DNA of 32,000 nt from Fastidiosibacter lacustris (GTDB taxonomy: Bacteria > Pseudomonadota > Gammaproteobacteria > Francisellales > Francisellaceae), in assembly GCF_003428155.1 (NCBI RefSeq), contig NZ_QLIR01000002.1:210001-242000 (forward strand). The letters run 5' to 3'. Numbering within the stretch: position 1 is the first letter of the stretch; every line of letters begins with the position of its first letter. This document shows, piece by piece, positions 8,723-17,413 of the stretch. The translations under genes and the position numbers were made by a program. The notes beneath the pieces were generated by a model. That model ran no database searches and was not told the DNA's origin. It saw only the letters and a list, made by a program, of their open reading frames with translations.

Positions 8723-10113
8723 AATTTAAAAGATTTTGGCAAAATAGAGCAAATTTGAATGAGAAGCGACACCAGCAAAGAGATGCTTTAAATTTTCTGC
8801 CAAGTGCGTTAGAAATACAAGAGCATCCTCCACATCCTGTTGCGCGTGTGATGATGTGGATTTTGGTAAGCATCATCGTATTTACCTTGCTTTGGGCATG
8901 TATTGGCAAAATGGATGTGATTGTGATAGCGCAGGGAAAAATTGTCCCACAAGCACAAGTGAAAATTATTCAACCATTGGAAAAAGGTATCGTTAAAGCG
9001 ATTTACGTTAAAGATGGTCAGTTGGTCATGAAAGAGGAATTATTGCTAGAGTTAGACCAAAGTGTTACCCAAACTGATATTGAGAATTTGGCACATCAAT
9101 TAAAGGTTGCTCAACTTATGTTGGCACAACACCAAACGGTCTATAATTTACTCACCTCACATGAGTTTATTGAAATGCGTTTTGATGAGGTTTTGATTCA
9201 AAGTCATGGCTTTTCTGAAATGGAACAAGAATCGCTTAAACAATTGGTATGGCGTAAATGGCAGGTATATGTTGCCGAGATTAATCGTTTAGAAGCAAAT
9301 GTAAACGTTGCAAAAGCTGAGTTAAATGCAGCACAAGAACAAATAAAAATGCTAACTCAAACTGTACCTATCATCCGTGAACAAAATAAGATGTATCACG
9401 CGTTACATCAAAGTGATTTTGCGTCAAAAGCAGAGTATCTACAAAGTCAAAAAGATTTGATTGAGAAAGAGCAATTGTTAGCGCAATCAAATGCAACTTA
9501 TGCTCAATTACAAGCAAATTTGGCGAGTCATATCAGTGAGCTTAAGCGAGTTAAAGCTGACTATTTTGCCCAAAGTTTAGAATCTATTGAAATGGCAAAA
9601 AAGGACGTTAACATACTCTCAAAGGAACTCACTAAATATGAGCTTATGCAAAGAGAGCAAAGTTTAAAAGCTCCTATTACTGGCTATATCCATAATCTAG
9701 CTGTTCATACATTAGGAGCAGTTGTAACGTCCGCGCAAATGCTGATGCAGATTATCCCTAAAGCCAGTCCATTAGAAGTAAATGCTACAATCCCAAATAA
9801 AGACATTGGCTATTTGCATGAAGGGCAAAAGGTAAGAATAAAAGTCGATACCTATCCTTTTACCGAGTATGGATTTTTAACGGGTAAAATACTTGAAATA
9901 ACTGATGATGCAATTGAAGATGAGCGTTTGGGATTAGTGTTTAAGATCATGGTAAGCCTTGACCAAAACACACTTCAAAAAGGCAATAGCAGTTTTGCTA
10001 TTCGTCCAGGTATGTCGGTGATAGTTGAAGTTAAAACACATGAAAGGCGTATTATAGAATATTTTTTAAGCCCATTAGTTAAAGCGTTTAAAGAGAGTTT
10101 GCATGAACGATAA
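8704..10113 (+). CDS. hlyD: HlyD-family type I secretion membrane fusion protein
   Basis: The ORF is 469 aa and overlaps the ABC gene end by 19 nt. It has an N-terminal cytoplasmic segment, one TM helix (VMMWILVSIIVFTLLWACIG), a long coiled-coil middle and a C-terminal beta-barrel region (ITGYIHNLAVHTLGAVV..., GMSVIVEVKT.ERRIIEYFLSP). This layout is typical of HlyD. Confidence 0.85.
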   Translation: MQKVWIKFKRFWQNRANLNEKRHQQRDALNFLPSALEIQEHPPHPVARVMMWILVSIIVFTLLWACIGKMDVIVIAQGKIVPQAQVKIIQPLEKGIVKAIYVKDGQLVMKEELLLELDQSVTQTDIENLAHQLKVAQLMLAQHQTVYNLLTSHEFIEMRFDEVLIQSHGFSEMEQESLKQLVWRKWQVYVAEINRLEANVNVAKAELNAAQEQIKMLTQTVPIIREQNKMYHALHQSDFASKAEYLQSQKDLIEKEQLLAQSNATYAQLQANLASHISELKRVKADYFAQSLESIEMAKKDVNILSKELTKYELMQREQSLKAPITGYIHNLAVHTLGAVVTSAQMLMQIIPKASPLEVNATIPNKDIGYLHEGQKVRIKVDTYPFTEYGFLTGKILEITDDAIEDERLGLVFKIMVSLDQNTLQKGNSSFAIRPGMSVIVEVKTHERRIIEYFLSPLVKAFKESLHER

Positions 10114-10128
10114 TGGCTTGACTATTTA

Positions 10129-11106
10129 TCAAGAGCGTAATGTTTTGAGGGCTTTTTCAAAAACATTGACATTTGCATCATATCGTGTTGCATTTTCGCT
10201 TAAAAATCGACGATATAGGCGGGCGTTAGGGTAGCCATTAAATAAATTAAGCGTATGTCTTGTAATATGATTTAGCTTAGTTCCTGGGGTTTTGAGTTCA
10301 TTTTCAATATACTGAATTAAGTTTTCAGCAACATCAAATGGTGTTATGTGTCTAAGCTTCTCGTTGTAAAAAAAATGATCAACATCTTTAAACAACATCG
10401 GATTATGATAAGCTTCACGACCGATCATAACACTATCAACTTTTTCTAAATGTGTTTTCGCCTCATTGAAGTTGGTAATGCCACCGTTAATACCGATTTG
10501 GTTATTAGGAAAAAGCTGTTTAATTCGGTACACCGTATCGTATTTCAAAGGTGGAATCGTTCGGTTTTCTTTAGGACTTAGCCCTTTTAACCAACCTTTT
10601 CGTGCGTGAATACAGATAAAGTCTACTTTAGCATCGACAATGCTTTGGATAAAATAAATAAGTTCATCAAAACTATCCTTATCATCTACTCCAATTCGGC
10701 ATTTGACAGAAACAGGAATATTAACGGCTGTTTTTAAAGCAACAACGCATTCTTTGACTAATTGAGGTTTATACATCAGTGATAATCCAAACTCACCTTG
10801 TGATACACGGTCACTTGGGCAACCGACGTTTAGATTGATCTCACTAAATCCAAGCTCTTTAGCCAGTTTGGCACAAAAAGCTAGATCTTTTGGATTATTA
10901 CCACCTAGTTGTAAGGTCAACGGATTTTCTTGTGGTGAATATTGTAATAAATGTTCGCGTGAACCATGAATGATTGCATTTGTGGTAATCATTTCAGTAT
11001 AAAGAATAGTACGTTTTGTAATTAGTCTCATCATGTAACGATAGTGACGATCTGTCCAATCGATCATAGGTGCAATGCAAATTTTACGTGCTAAGGCGTG
11101 TGACAT
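10129..11106 (-). CDS. dusA: tRNA-dihydrouridine(20/20a) synthase DusA
   Basis: The ORF is 325 aa. CIAPMIDWTDRHYRYMMRLITKRTILYTEMITT at the N-terminus and a TIM-barrel Dus core (NLNVGCPSDRV, VKCRIG, IHARK) are DusA-type. Confidence 0.85.
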   Translation of the reverse strand: MSHALARKICIAPMIDWTDRHYRYMMRLITKRTILYTEMITTNAIIHGSREHLLQYSPQENPLTLQLGGNNPKDLAFCAKLAKELGFSEINLNVGCPSDRVSQGEFGLSLMYKPQLVKECVVALKTAVNIPVSVKCRIGVDDKDSFDELIYFIQSIVDAKVDFICIHARKGWLKGLSPKENRTIPPLKYDTVYRIKQLFPNNQIGINGGITNFNEAKTHLEKVDSVMIGREAYHNPMLFKDVDHFFYNEKLRHITPFDVAENLIQYIENELKTPGTKLNHITRHTLNLFNGYPNARLYRRFLSENATRYDANVNVFEKALKTLRS

Positions 11107-11283
11107 GAATGTCTATAAAGTCATATTTATTTTAAATGTACAGTATAACAAATGTTCTTGATTGCAGCTATTGCTAGTTTCATAACTGAAAAATGATAAA
11201 ACTTCAAAATTTTAAGGTTGTAATTTGTCACAATCAGATTATTATGGCGATACTTAGTGAGCTTTTAATAAGTAAAAGTCTTT

Positions 11284-11931
11284 ATGCTACGAAAAATTAT
11301 TAAATCATTAATCCCAAGTCGCGGAGAAATTTTCTTTGATCTATTTGTCCAAGCTGCCGAAAATGTACATACTTCAGCGAGTTTTTTAGTTGACATTGTT
11401 AAAGAAGAAAATGCTAAAATAGCCAATGAGCTTATGACCAATCTCAGGCAACAGCGTCAAAATGCAGTCGATATTAATAAGAAAATCATCGTTGAACTAA
11501 ATGAGCAGTTTATTACGCCAATTGATCGTGGTGATATCTTCTATTTATCTGGACTGATGCTGAAGTTGACCAAACGTATCATTAAAATCAATAAAAAAAT
11601 GCAAATTTACGCAATTGATAGCAAGGTAGACGATTGTTTGATTCGTAGCGTTGTGACTTTGCAAGACATTACAAAATCGCTGTGTGATTTATTCATTGCA
11701 TTTAAAAATAAAGATGGTCAAAAAATTAAACTGGCCTCGCAACATGCAACAGAGCTTGATGAAAATGTCGTCGAAGATTTAGGTGATGCTATTGATCAGA
11801 TCAAAAAAGCAGATTATGACACCTTGACTACAATTAAATTAAAAGAGGTTTTTAAAGCGGTTGAATCAGCAGTCGACACTAGTGCTACCCTATGTGATTC
11901 AGTGATGCGCATTTATGTTAAGGAAATTTAG
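11284..11931 (+). CDS. DUF47 / PhoU-like phosphate transport accessory protein (YkaA-type)
   Basis: The ORF is 215 aa and helical. Its stop lies 2 nt before a PiT-family transporter, the conserved DUF47-Pit gene pair. The N-terminus (GEIFFDLFVQAAENV) and the EDLGDAI motif fit the family. Confidence 0.7.
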   Translation: MLRKIIKSLIPSRGEIFFDLFVQAAENVHTSASFLVDIVKEENAKIANELMTNLRQQRQNAVDINKKIIVELNEQFITPIDRGDIFYLSGLMLKLTKRIIKINKKMQIYAIDSKVDDCLIRSVVTLQDITKSLCDLFIAFKNKDGQKIKLASQHATELDENVVEDLGDAIDQIKKADYDTLTTIKLKEVFKAVESAVDTSATLCDSVMRIYVKEI

Positions 11932-11933
11932 TT

Positions 11934-12950
11934 ATGATGATAGTCCTTATTTGTATTATCATTATTGCTTTGTTTTTTGAATTTATTAATGGATTTCACG
12001 ATGTTGCAAATGTTGTGGCAACTCCGATTGCGTCAAAGTCACTTTCACCATATCAAGCAATTATTATTGCTGCAATTTTTAATTTTATTGGTGCCTTTAT
12101 GGGTACTGCCGTTGCAACCACAATTAGTAAAGGTTTAGTAGATGCTAATGTTATCACCCATTTAGTGCTTGTTGCGGCACTTATTGCTGCAATAAGTTGG
12201 AATTTATTTACTTGGTATTTTGGTATCCCTTCTAGTTCATCACATGCTCTAATTGGTTCTTTAGTAGGAGCTGCTATTGCGGTAAGTAATATCCATACCA
12301 TTCACTATAGTGTCTTAATTGGTAAGGTTATTGTGCCGATGGTGTTATCACCGATTGTGGCATTTTTCTTAGCACTCATTTTAGTTGTTATTTTATTTCG
12401 TATCCTAAGCAAAAGAAAAACGCCGCGTAAATCTAATGCACGTATTCGAGAGTTGCAAGTGATCTCAAGCAGTTTATTGGCATTAAGTCATGGTTCAAAT
12501 GATGCTCAAAAAACCATGTCAATTATTACTTTGGCTTTGTTTGGTTTTGGGCTTGTTTCTACCGTTTCCCATGTTCCAATATGGGTGATTTGTGTTTGTG
12601 CATTAACAATGGCTTTAGGGACTTTAGCAGGTGGTATGCGCATTATTAAAACGCTTACCACTCGAGTAGCTAAAATTGGACCTGCAAATGGATTTGCTGC
12701 TGAGATGAGCTCAGGATTATTGATTTTAGGTGCTTCTCATTTGGGCTTGCCGGTAAGTACAACGCAAGCTGCTTCTGGTTCGATTATGGGAGCAGGGTAT
12801 CCTGAAAGTGGTGGCGTAAATTGGAAAGTGGTGCGTACAATGGCAACTGCATGGCTTTTAACTTTACCATGTTGCATGCTACTGAGTTTTATTGCCTACA
12901 AATTATTATTTGTATTATTTGGAGAGCTTGGAACTTCTGTCAATATTTAG
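11934..12950 (+). CDS. PiT-family inorganic phosphate transporter
   Basis: The ORF is a 338-aa polytopic membrane protein with the duplicated PiT signatures FINGFHDVANVVATPI and LSHGSNDAQKTMSII. Confidence 0.85.
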   Translation: MMIVLICIIIIALFFEFINGFHDVANVVATPIASKSLSPYQAIIIAAIFNFIGAFMGTAVATTISKGLVDANVITHLVLVAALIAAISWNLFTWYFGIPSSSSHALIGSLVGAAIAVSNIHTIHYSVLIGKVIVPMVLSPIVAFFLALILVVILFRILSKRKTPRKSNARIRELQVISSSLLALSHGSNDAQKTMSIITLALFGFGLVSTVSHVPIWVICVCALTMALGTLAGGMRIIKTLTTRVAKIGPANGFAAEMSSGLLILGASHLGLPVSTTQAASGSIMGAGYPESGGVNWKVVRTMATAWLLTLPCCMLLSFIAYKLLFVLFGELGTSVNI

Positions 12951-12959
12951 GTTGCGGTC

Positions 12960-14315
12960 ATGTTATTAAAATTAGAAAGAAAATCAACGCTCAGTATTGC
13001 TACTATTTATGTTTTTAGAATGCTGGGACTTTTTATTATCTTGCCTATTTTTAGTTTATATGCTGATAAAATTATTGATGCAACACCAACACTTATGGGG
13101 GCTGCGCTGGGTATTTATGGTTTAACGCAAGCATTATTACAAATTGTACTTGGTGTGCTATCAGATAAATATGGTCGCAAGCCAATCATTTTATTTGGGC
13201 TAATTATTTTTATCTTAGGTAGTGTTGTCGCTGCGATGTCACATACTATTTATGGTATTATCATAGGGCGCGCTTTACAAGGTGCCGGGGCAATAGGTAG
13301 CACTTTAACTGCATTAATTGCGGATACAACAACTGAAGAAAACAGAATGAAAGCGATGTCTGTGATTGGCATGGCGATTGGTTTGTCATTTATTGGTGCA
13401 ATGGTGATCAGTCCAATTTTAAATTCAATCATTGGACTAAGTGGTATTTTTTGGCTTACCGCAATGCTTGGTGTGATTGGTATTGTGATTCTAATATATG
13501 GTGTACCAACACCGACTAAGATCATTTTTCATCGTGGTACAGAGACCACACCAAGTCAAATTAAGAATGTGCTGTGGAAATCTGAATTGCTGCGTTTAAA
13601 TTATGGTATTTTTAGTCTGCATACAATGCTAACAGCATTATTTTTAGTTATCCCAATTATCTTGATTGATTATATTGGTATTAGCATATCGAAGCAGTGG
13701 ATAGTATATTTACCTGTGTTGTTTATTTCCTTTTTACTTATGATTCCATTTATTTTCATTGCGGAAACTAAAAATTTAATTAAACCAATTTTTATTGGAG
13801 CAATAATTGTTTTAACTGCAATACAATTTTTATTAGTTGAATTCTACCAACATATTATCATTATGAGTGTATTGCTTGTTTTGTATTTTGCAAGCTTTAC
13901 ATTTCTAGAGGCAGCACTGCCTTCCCTTATTTCCAAAATGGCATCAATTACAAGCAAAGGCACAGCAATGGGGGTCTACTCAAGTACACAATTTTTGGGT
14001 ATTTTTTTTGGTGGTGTAATGGGTGGTGTGGTACTTCATCAGACAAATATTAAAGGTATTTTTATCTTCAATGGAATGCTTGGATTGATATGGATTATAA
14101 TTGCCGTAACGATGCAAAAACCAAAACAAGTGAGTTCAAAGTTGTATAGCTTAAAAAACCTAAAGCAAAAAATAGACGCTAAAGCACTGCAACAACAGAT
14201 CATCAAACTGCCTGGTGTTGAAGAAGCAATGGTGTGTATGGATGAATGTGTGGCTTATCTTAAAGTTGATAAAAAATATTTCGATGAAAAGAAGTTAAAA
14301 ATGCTTTTTAATTGA
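12960..14315 (+). CDS. MFS transporter, YajR-like, with a ~60-aa soluble C-terminal domain
   Basis: The ORF is 451 aa. It carries MFS motif A (GVLSDKYGRKPIILFG) and about 12 hydrophobic segments. A hydrophilic tail (KLYSLKNLKQKIDAKALQQQIIKLPGVEEAMVCMDECVAYLKVDKKYFDEKKLKMLF) resembles the YAM domain arrangement of E. coli YajR (454 aa). Confidence 0.7.
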   Translation: MLLKLERKSTLSIATIYVFRMLGLFIILPIFSLYADKIIDATPTLMGAALGIYGLTQALLQIVLGVLSDKYGRKPIILFGLIIFILGSVVAAMSHTIYGIIIGRALQGAGAIGSTLTALIADTTTEENRMKAMSVIGMAIGLSFIGAMVISPILNSIIGLSGIFWLTAMLGVIGIVILIYGVPTPTKIIFHRGTETTPSQIKNVLWKSELLRLNYGIFSLHTMLTALFLVIPIILIDYIGISISKQWIVYLPVLFISFLLMIPFIFIAETKNLIKPIFIGAIIVLTAIQFLLVEFYQHIIIMSVLLVLYFASFTFLEAALPSLISKMASITSKGTAMGVYSSTQFLGIFFGGVMGGVVLHQTNIKGIFIFNGMLGLIWIIIAVTMQKPKQVSSKLYSLKNLKQKIDAKALQQQIIKLPGVEEAMVCMDECVAYLKVDKKYFDEKKLKMLFN

Positions 14316-14547
14316 GTCTGTAACGTCTGAATTTTGTTATCTGTTTGATTCATAGAGATGGGTTCAATTTTTTCTGCGAATATTCTTCTGTGATTAAGTG
14401 TTTCTTTTCTAAGCTGCAATGCTTTTGCAGAGTTTTTCTAGATTTGACAAAATAACGATGAGTTTCAGTGGGTTTTTGCACATTGCGGGAAGTTTGAGAT
14501 AGTTACGGTAAAAAATGGTTCACAGAATCTAGATTACAGTGAGAGCT

Positions 14548-15222
14548 TTAAATTCTTTTTTCTAAAAACTTTCCTTTGAAAAAAGACAGTAGATCTTCAA
14601 CAAAATAATCAATCTCCGAATGTGTCATAAATCTTGCATGAGCAGTATCGTCTGCGTTAACAAGTACCGTAGTCATTCCTAGTTGTTTGGCGGGAATTAA
14701 ATTATGTGATGAGTCTTCAAAAAAACTGCTTTGTTTGGTGTAATTTTTAGCACATCAAAGCAATACTGATATGCTTTTATATTTGGTTTTGGAATCAATC
14801 CAGTACATTCCAAAGTCACAACATCTTGAATCACTTGATGTAATCCAAGCTTATTGATAACGCGTCCTGCATGATAACGTGAACCATTGGTAAATATCGA
14901 TAAATGTTTACCATTTTCTTTTAATACATTCAAAAATGTCAAAAGTTCATTATCTAGTTGTAAGCTTTCCAATGGTACGTTATCAACTACCTTTAGAAAT
15001 TCATATGGATTAATGTTGTGATGGTACATAAGACCGTGCATCGTCGTGCCAAAGCTGCGATAATATTTCTCTCTTAAAAAATCCGCCTCTTTACGAGGAA
15101 CCTTTAACTTAATTTACAATAAAATTAGACATATTGCGCAGTTGCAAATCAAAAAAGGCAGAACTTGCCGAATAAAGGGTATTATCTAAATCAAATACAT
15201 AATGCTCAAAATTCAAGTGCAT
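14548..15222 (-). pseudogene. HAD-superfamily pyrimidine 5'-nucleotidase-like hydrolase, disrupted by two frameshifts
   Basis: Three collinear pieces lie in different frames. Piece 1 is MHLNFEHYVFDLDNTLY... (HAD motif I DxDxT), ending at a TAA near 15110. Piece 2 is ...LKVPRKEADFLREKYYRSFGTTMHGLMYHH...SIFTNGSRYHA...KPNIKAY...PNKAVF. Piece 3 follows an A7/T7 run (14719-14725): FEDSSHNLIPAKQLGMTTVLV...KRI*, with its stop at 14548-14550. Confidence 0.8.
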
Positions 15223-15307
15223 CTTAGTTTTTCTTAATCCTTAATCACATATAGCGCAAGCTTAGTGAGTTTAGCCAATATTTGAAAGTAGTTTTTCAGT
15301 CTCTATT

Positions 15308-16723
15308 TTAATGCAAGTTTAATTTATAAAGGATGTGATCATAACGGTTACCGCTCACTTGCTGGTGATTTGGCAAAAGCATGTCAAACTGAAAACCCAA
15401 GCGCTTAGCTACTTTTTGACTTCTTTTGTTTTCAACTGCGCAACTTATCGATACGTCTAATAAATCAAACGCATGAAATCCGTAATCAATCAATGCTTTA
15501 ACAGATTTTGTCATAATTCCTAATCCAAGATAATCTTGAGCTAACCAATAACCAATTTCAGCACTTTTAGTTTGTTGGTGGATAGAATTAAAACTCACTA
15601 TCCCGATAAGCTTATTTTCAATAAAAATACCTAAAATTAAGCTTTTCTGCTCCAAGAATCCCTGATGGGTAAAATAGATAAAATCGACCGCATCTTGCAG
15701 TTGCATCAGTACATTTGCCCATTCAAACCACATCTGTAGATGGTTTTGATTGTATAACTTTAATTGATGTAAGCTTTCTGCATCACATGGTCGCAATAAC
15801 CTAAGCTTAATAACACCATCCACAGGAATAATAAGCTTTTCTAATCTTTCCAATTGTTGGTAAATTACTTGCGTAACAGGTACCTTGATATTTTTCTTTT
15901 TGGCCATTTCAATGAAGTTATGGTAAATACTGCCAAGTTCCATTGGTTTGCCTTCATTATAGTCATACCACATACTAAAGTAAGCTCCTCTATATTCAGA
16001 TCTGGTCAATGCATGGATAAGGTTATTTATCTTGTCCGTTGATAAGAAAACGTTATAGGCTTTCGCAACCTCAATGACTTCATTGCCAACATCGGTTATT
16101 ATCTTAACTGTTTTTATGTCTTTTGCCATGCTGGGCATGTCTTGCTGAGATATGACTGATACACCGTTACAAGAAGCACTAATCAATAATTTTTGAAAGC
16201 GTAAATCCAGCACACTTTTTTCTTTAATAACTTCATCAAATATATACTTTAACACATATTCAATGTGCGTATTTTCACAATTAGTGCAAAACGCATAATT
16301 TAAGTTAGACAAATGATTATGCCATGTGATCACATTAGCATGTTTACTGACTTTAATGTGACTAATTGCCCCAATTATAACATTACTCTTATGAATTAAA
16401 CTTAATAATTTTTCCTCTTCACCAATTCCATTTTGGATCATTACAATAGTTTTATTTTTGAGCTGCGCTAACTGGCTAAAAACAACATCATTTGCCGTTG
16501 ATTTTGTACAAATAAAAATGACCTCTCCATTTATTTCTGCAACGTTTGTTACAATGTCATCGAAATTTGCATAAGCCTCTATATTACCAACAATTTTCAA
16601 ATTTATAGAAATATGATTTTGACTCATTTCTTTAAATACTAGTTGCACAGGAATACCTGCGCATTTTAATTTCACTGCAATAAACCCACCCACTGCGCCT
16701 ACGCCAATAATGCTGACTTTCAT
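15308..16723 (-). CDS. Fusion protein: 2-dehydropantoate 2-reductase (PanE/ApbA)-like N-terminal domain plus a GNAT (RimJ/RimL-like) N-acetyltransferase C-terminal domain
   Basis: The ORF is continuous. The ATG at 16723 has AGGAAG 8 nt upstream, whereas the GTG at 16729 used in the track is too close to the SD. The N-terminal part has a Rossmann motif (MKVSIIGVGAVGGF), FQKLLISASCNG (KPR Lys region) and FSMWYDYNEGKPMELGSI. The C-terminal ~170 aa are GNAT-like (IKLRLLRPCDAESL..., EIGYWLAQDYLGLGIMTKSVKALIDYGF, ENKRSQKVAKRLGFQF). Confidence 0.75.
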   Translation of the reverse strand: MKVSIIGVGAVGGFIAVKLKCAGIPVQLVFKEMSQNHISINLKIVGNIEAYANFDDIVTNVAEINGEVIFICTKSTANDVVFSQLAQLKNKTIVMIQNGIGEEEKLLSLIHKSNVIIGAISHIKVSKHANVITWHNHLSNLNYAFCTNCENTHIEYVLKYIFDEVIKEKSVLDLRFQKLLISASCNGVSVISQQDMPSMAKDIKTVKIITDVGNEVIEVAKAYNVFLSTDKINNLIHALTRSEYRGAYFSMWYDYNEGKPMELGSIYHNFIEMAKKKNIKVPVTQVIYQQLERLEKLIIPVDGVIKLRLLRPCDAESLHQLKLYNQNHLQMWFEWANVLMQLQDAVDFIYFTHQGFLEQKSLILGIFIENKLIGIVSFNSIHQQTKSAEIGYWLAQDYLGLGIMTKSVKALIDYGFHAFDLLDVSISCAVENKRSQKVAKRLGFQFDMLLPNHQQVSGNRYDHILYKLNLH

Positions 16724-16794
16724 GTGCACTTCTTCCTGGTTATGCTCAATTTATGTTATATTGCCATGATATTAATAAAATAAGAATTACGTTT

Positions 16795-17334
16795 ATGCCA
16801 ATTCGAAGCTTTAATGAGATTACGCCCAAAATTGATAATAGTGCCTTTATTGACCCTATGGCAACTGTAACCGGTGATGTAATTATTGGTAAACACAGTT
16901 CCATATGGACAAATGTTAGTATTCGAGGAGATTTACTGAACATTACCATAGGCAATAAAAGCAATGTTCAAGATAATAGCAGCATTCATACCACACAGTT
17001 CTTTGATCGCCCTGGGTGTGGCTTTGATGTGAAAATTGGTGATGAAGTCACCATTGGGCATGGTGCGATTATTCATGGCTGCCATATTGGCAATCAAGTC
17101 TTAATTGGCATGGGAGCAATTATATTAGATGGCGCTATTATCGAAGATGAGGTTATTATTGGTGCAGGTGCTGTCGTTTCTCCTGGCAAAAAACTAGAAT
17201 CAGGTTTTTTATATATAGGTGCTCCAGCTAGACAGGTGCGCCCATTAAAAGAAAGTGAGAAACAATATATTCGTGCAAATGCTCAAAATTATTGCGAAAT
17301 TATGCAACAGCATAAAAAAGGATTAAACCAGTAA
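16795..17334 (+). CDS. Gamma-carbonic-anhydrase-family / hexapeptide-repeat protein (YrdA-like)
   Basis: The protein aligns end to end with E. coli YrdA as remembered (IWTNVSIRGD, IGNKSNVQDNSSIH, IGDEVTIGHGAIIHGCHIGNQVLIGMGAIILDGAIIEDEVIIGAGAVV, LESGFLYIGAPARQVRPL). I prefer the ATG at 16795 over the track start at 16753 on alignment length. Confidence 0.8.
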   Translation: MPIRSFNEITPKIDNSAFIDPMATVTGDVIIGKHSSIWTNVSIRGDLLNITIGNKSNVQDNSSIHTTQFFDRPGCGFDVKIGDEVTIGHGAIIHGCHIGNQVLIGMGAIILDGAIIEDEVIIGAGAVVSPGKKLESGFLYIGAPARQVRPLKESEKQYIRANAQNYCEIMQQHKKGLNQ

Positions 17335-17413
17335 TATGTCTATTTTCACTCACACCTTACAGCTTATTGAATCAAAATATATATCTCTTTTGGGCTTTCC
17401 CTACGAAAAGCGA

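Noticed and set aside
10129-11283. The dusA 5' end is a known hotspot for integrative elements.
   Set aside because: dusA is intact, no integrase or foreign genes adjoin its 5' end, and the neighbouring genes are the DUF47/PiT pair.
11107-11283. A possible Pho box (TTGTCACAATCAGATTAT) lies upstream of the DUF47-PiT operon.
   Set aside because: Only one half-site resembles CTGTCAT, and the second half does not match. This is too weak to call without a matrix scan.
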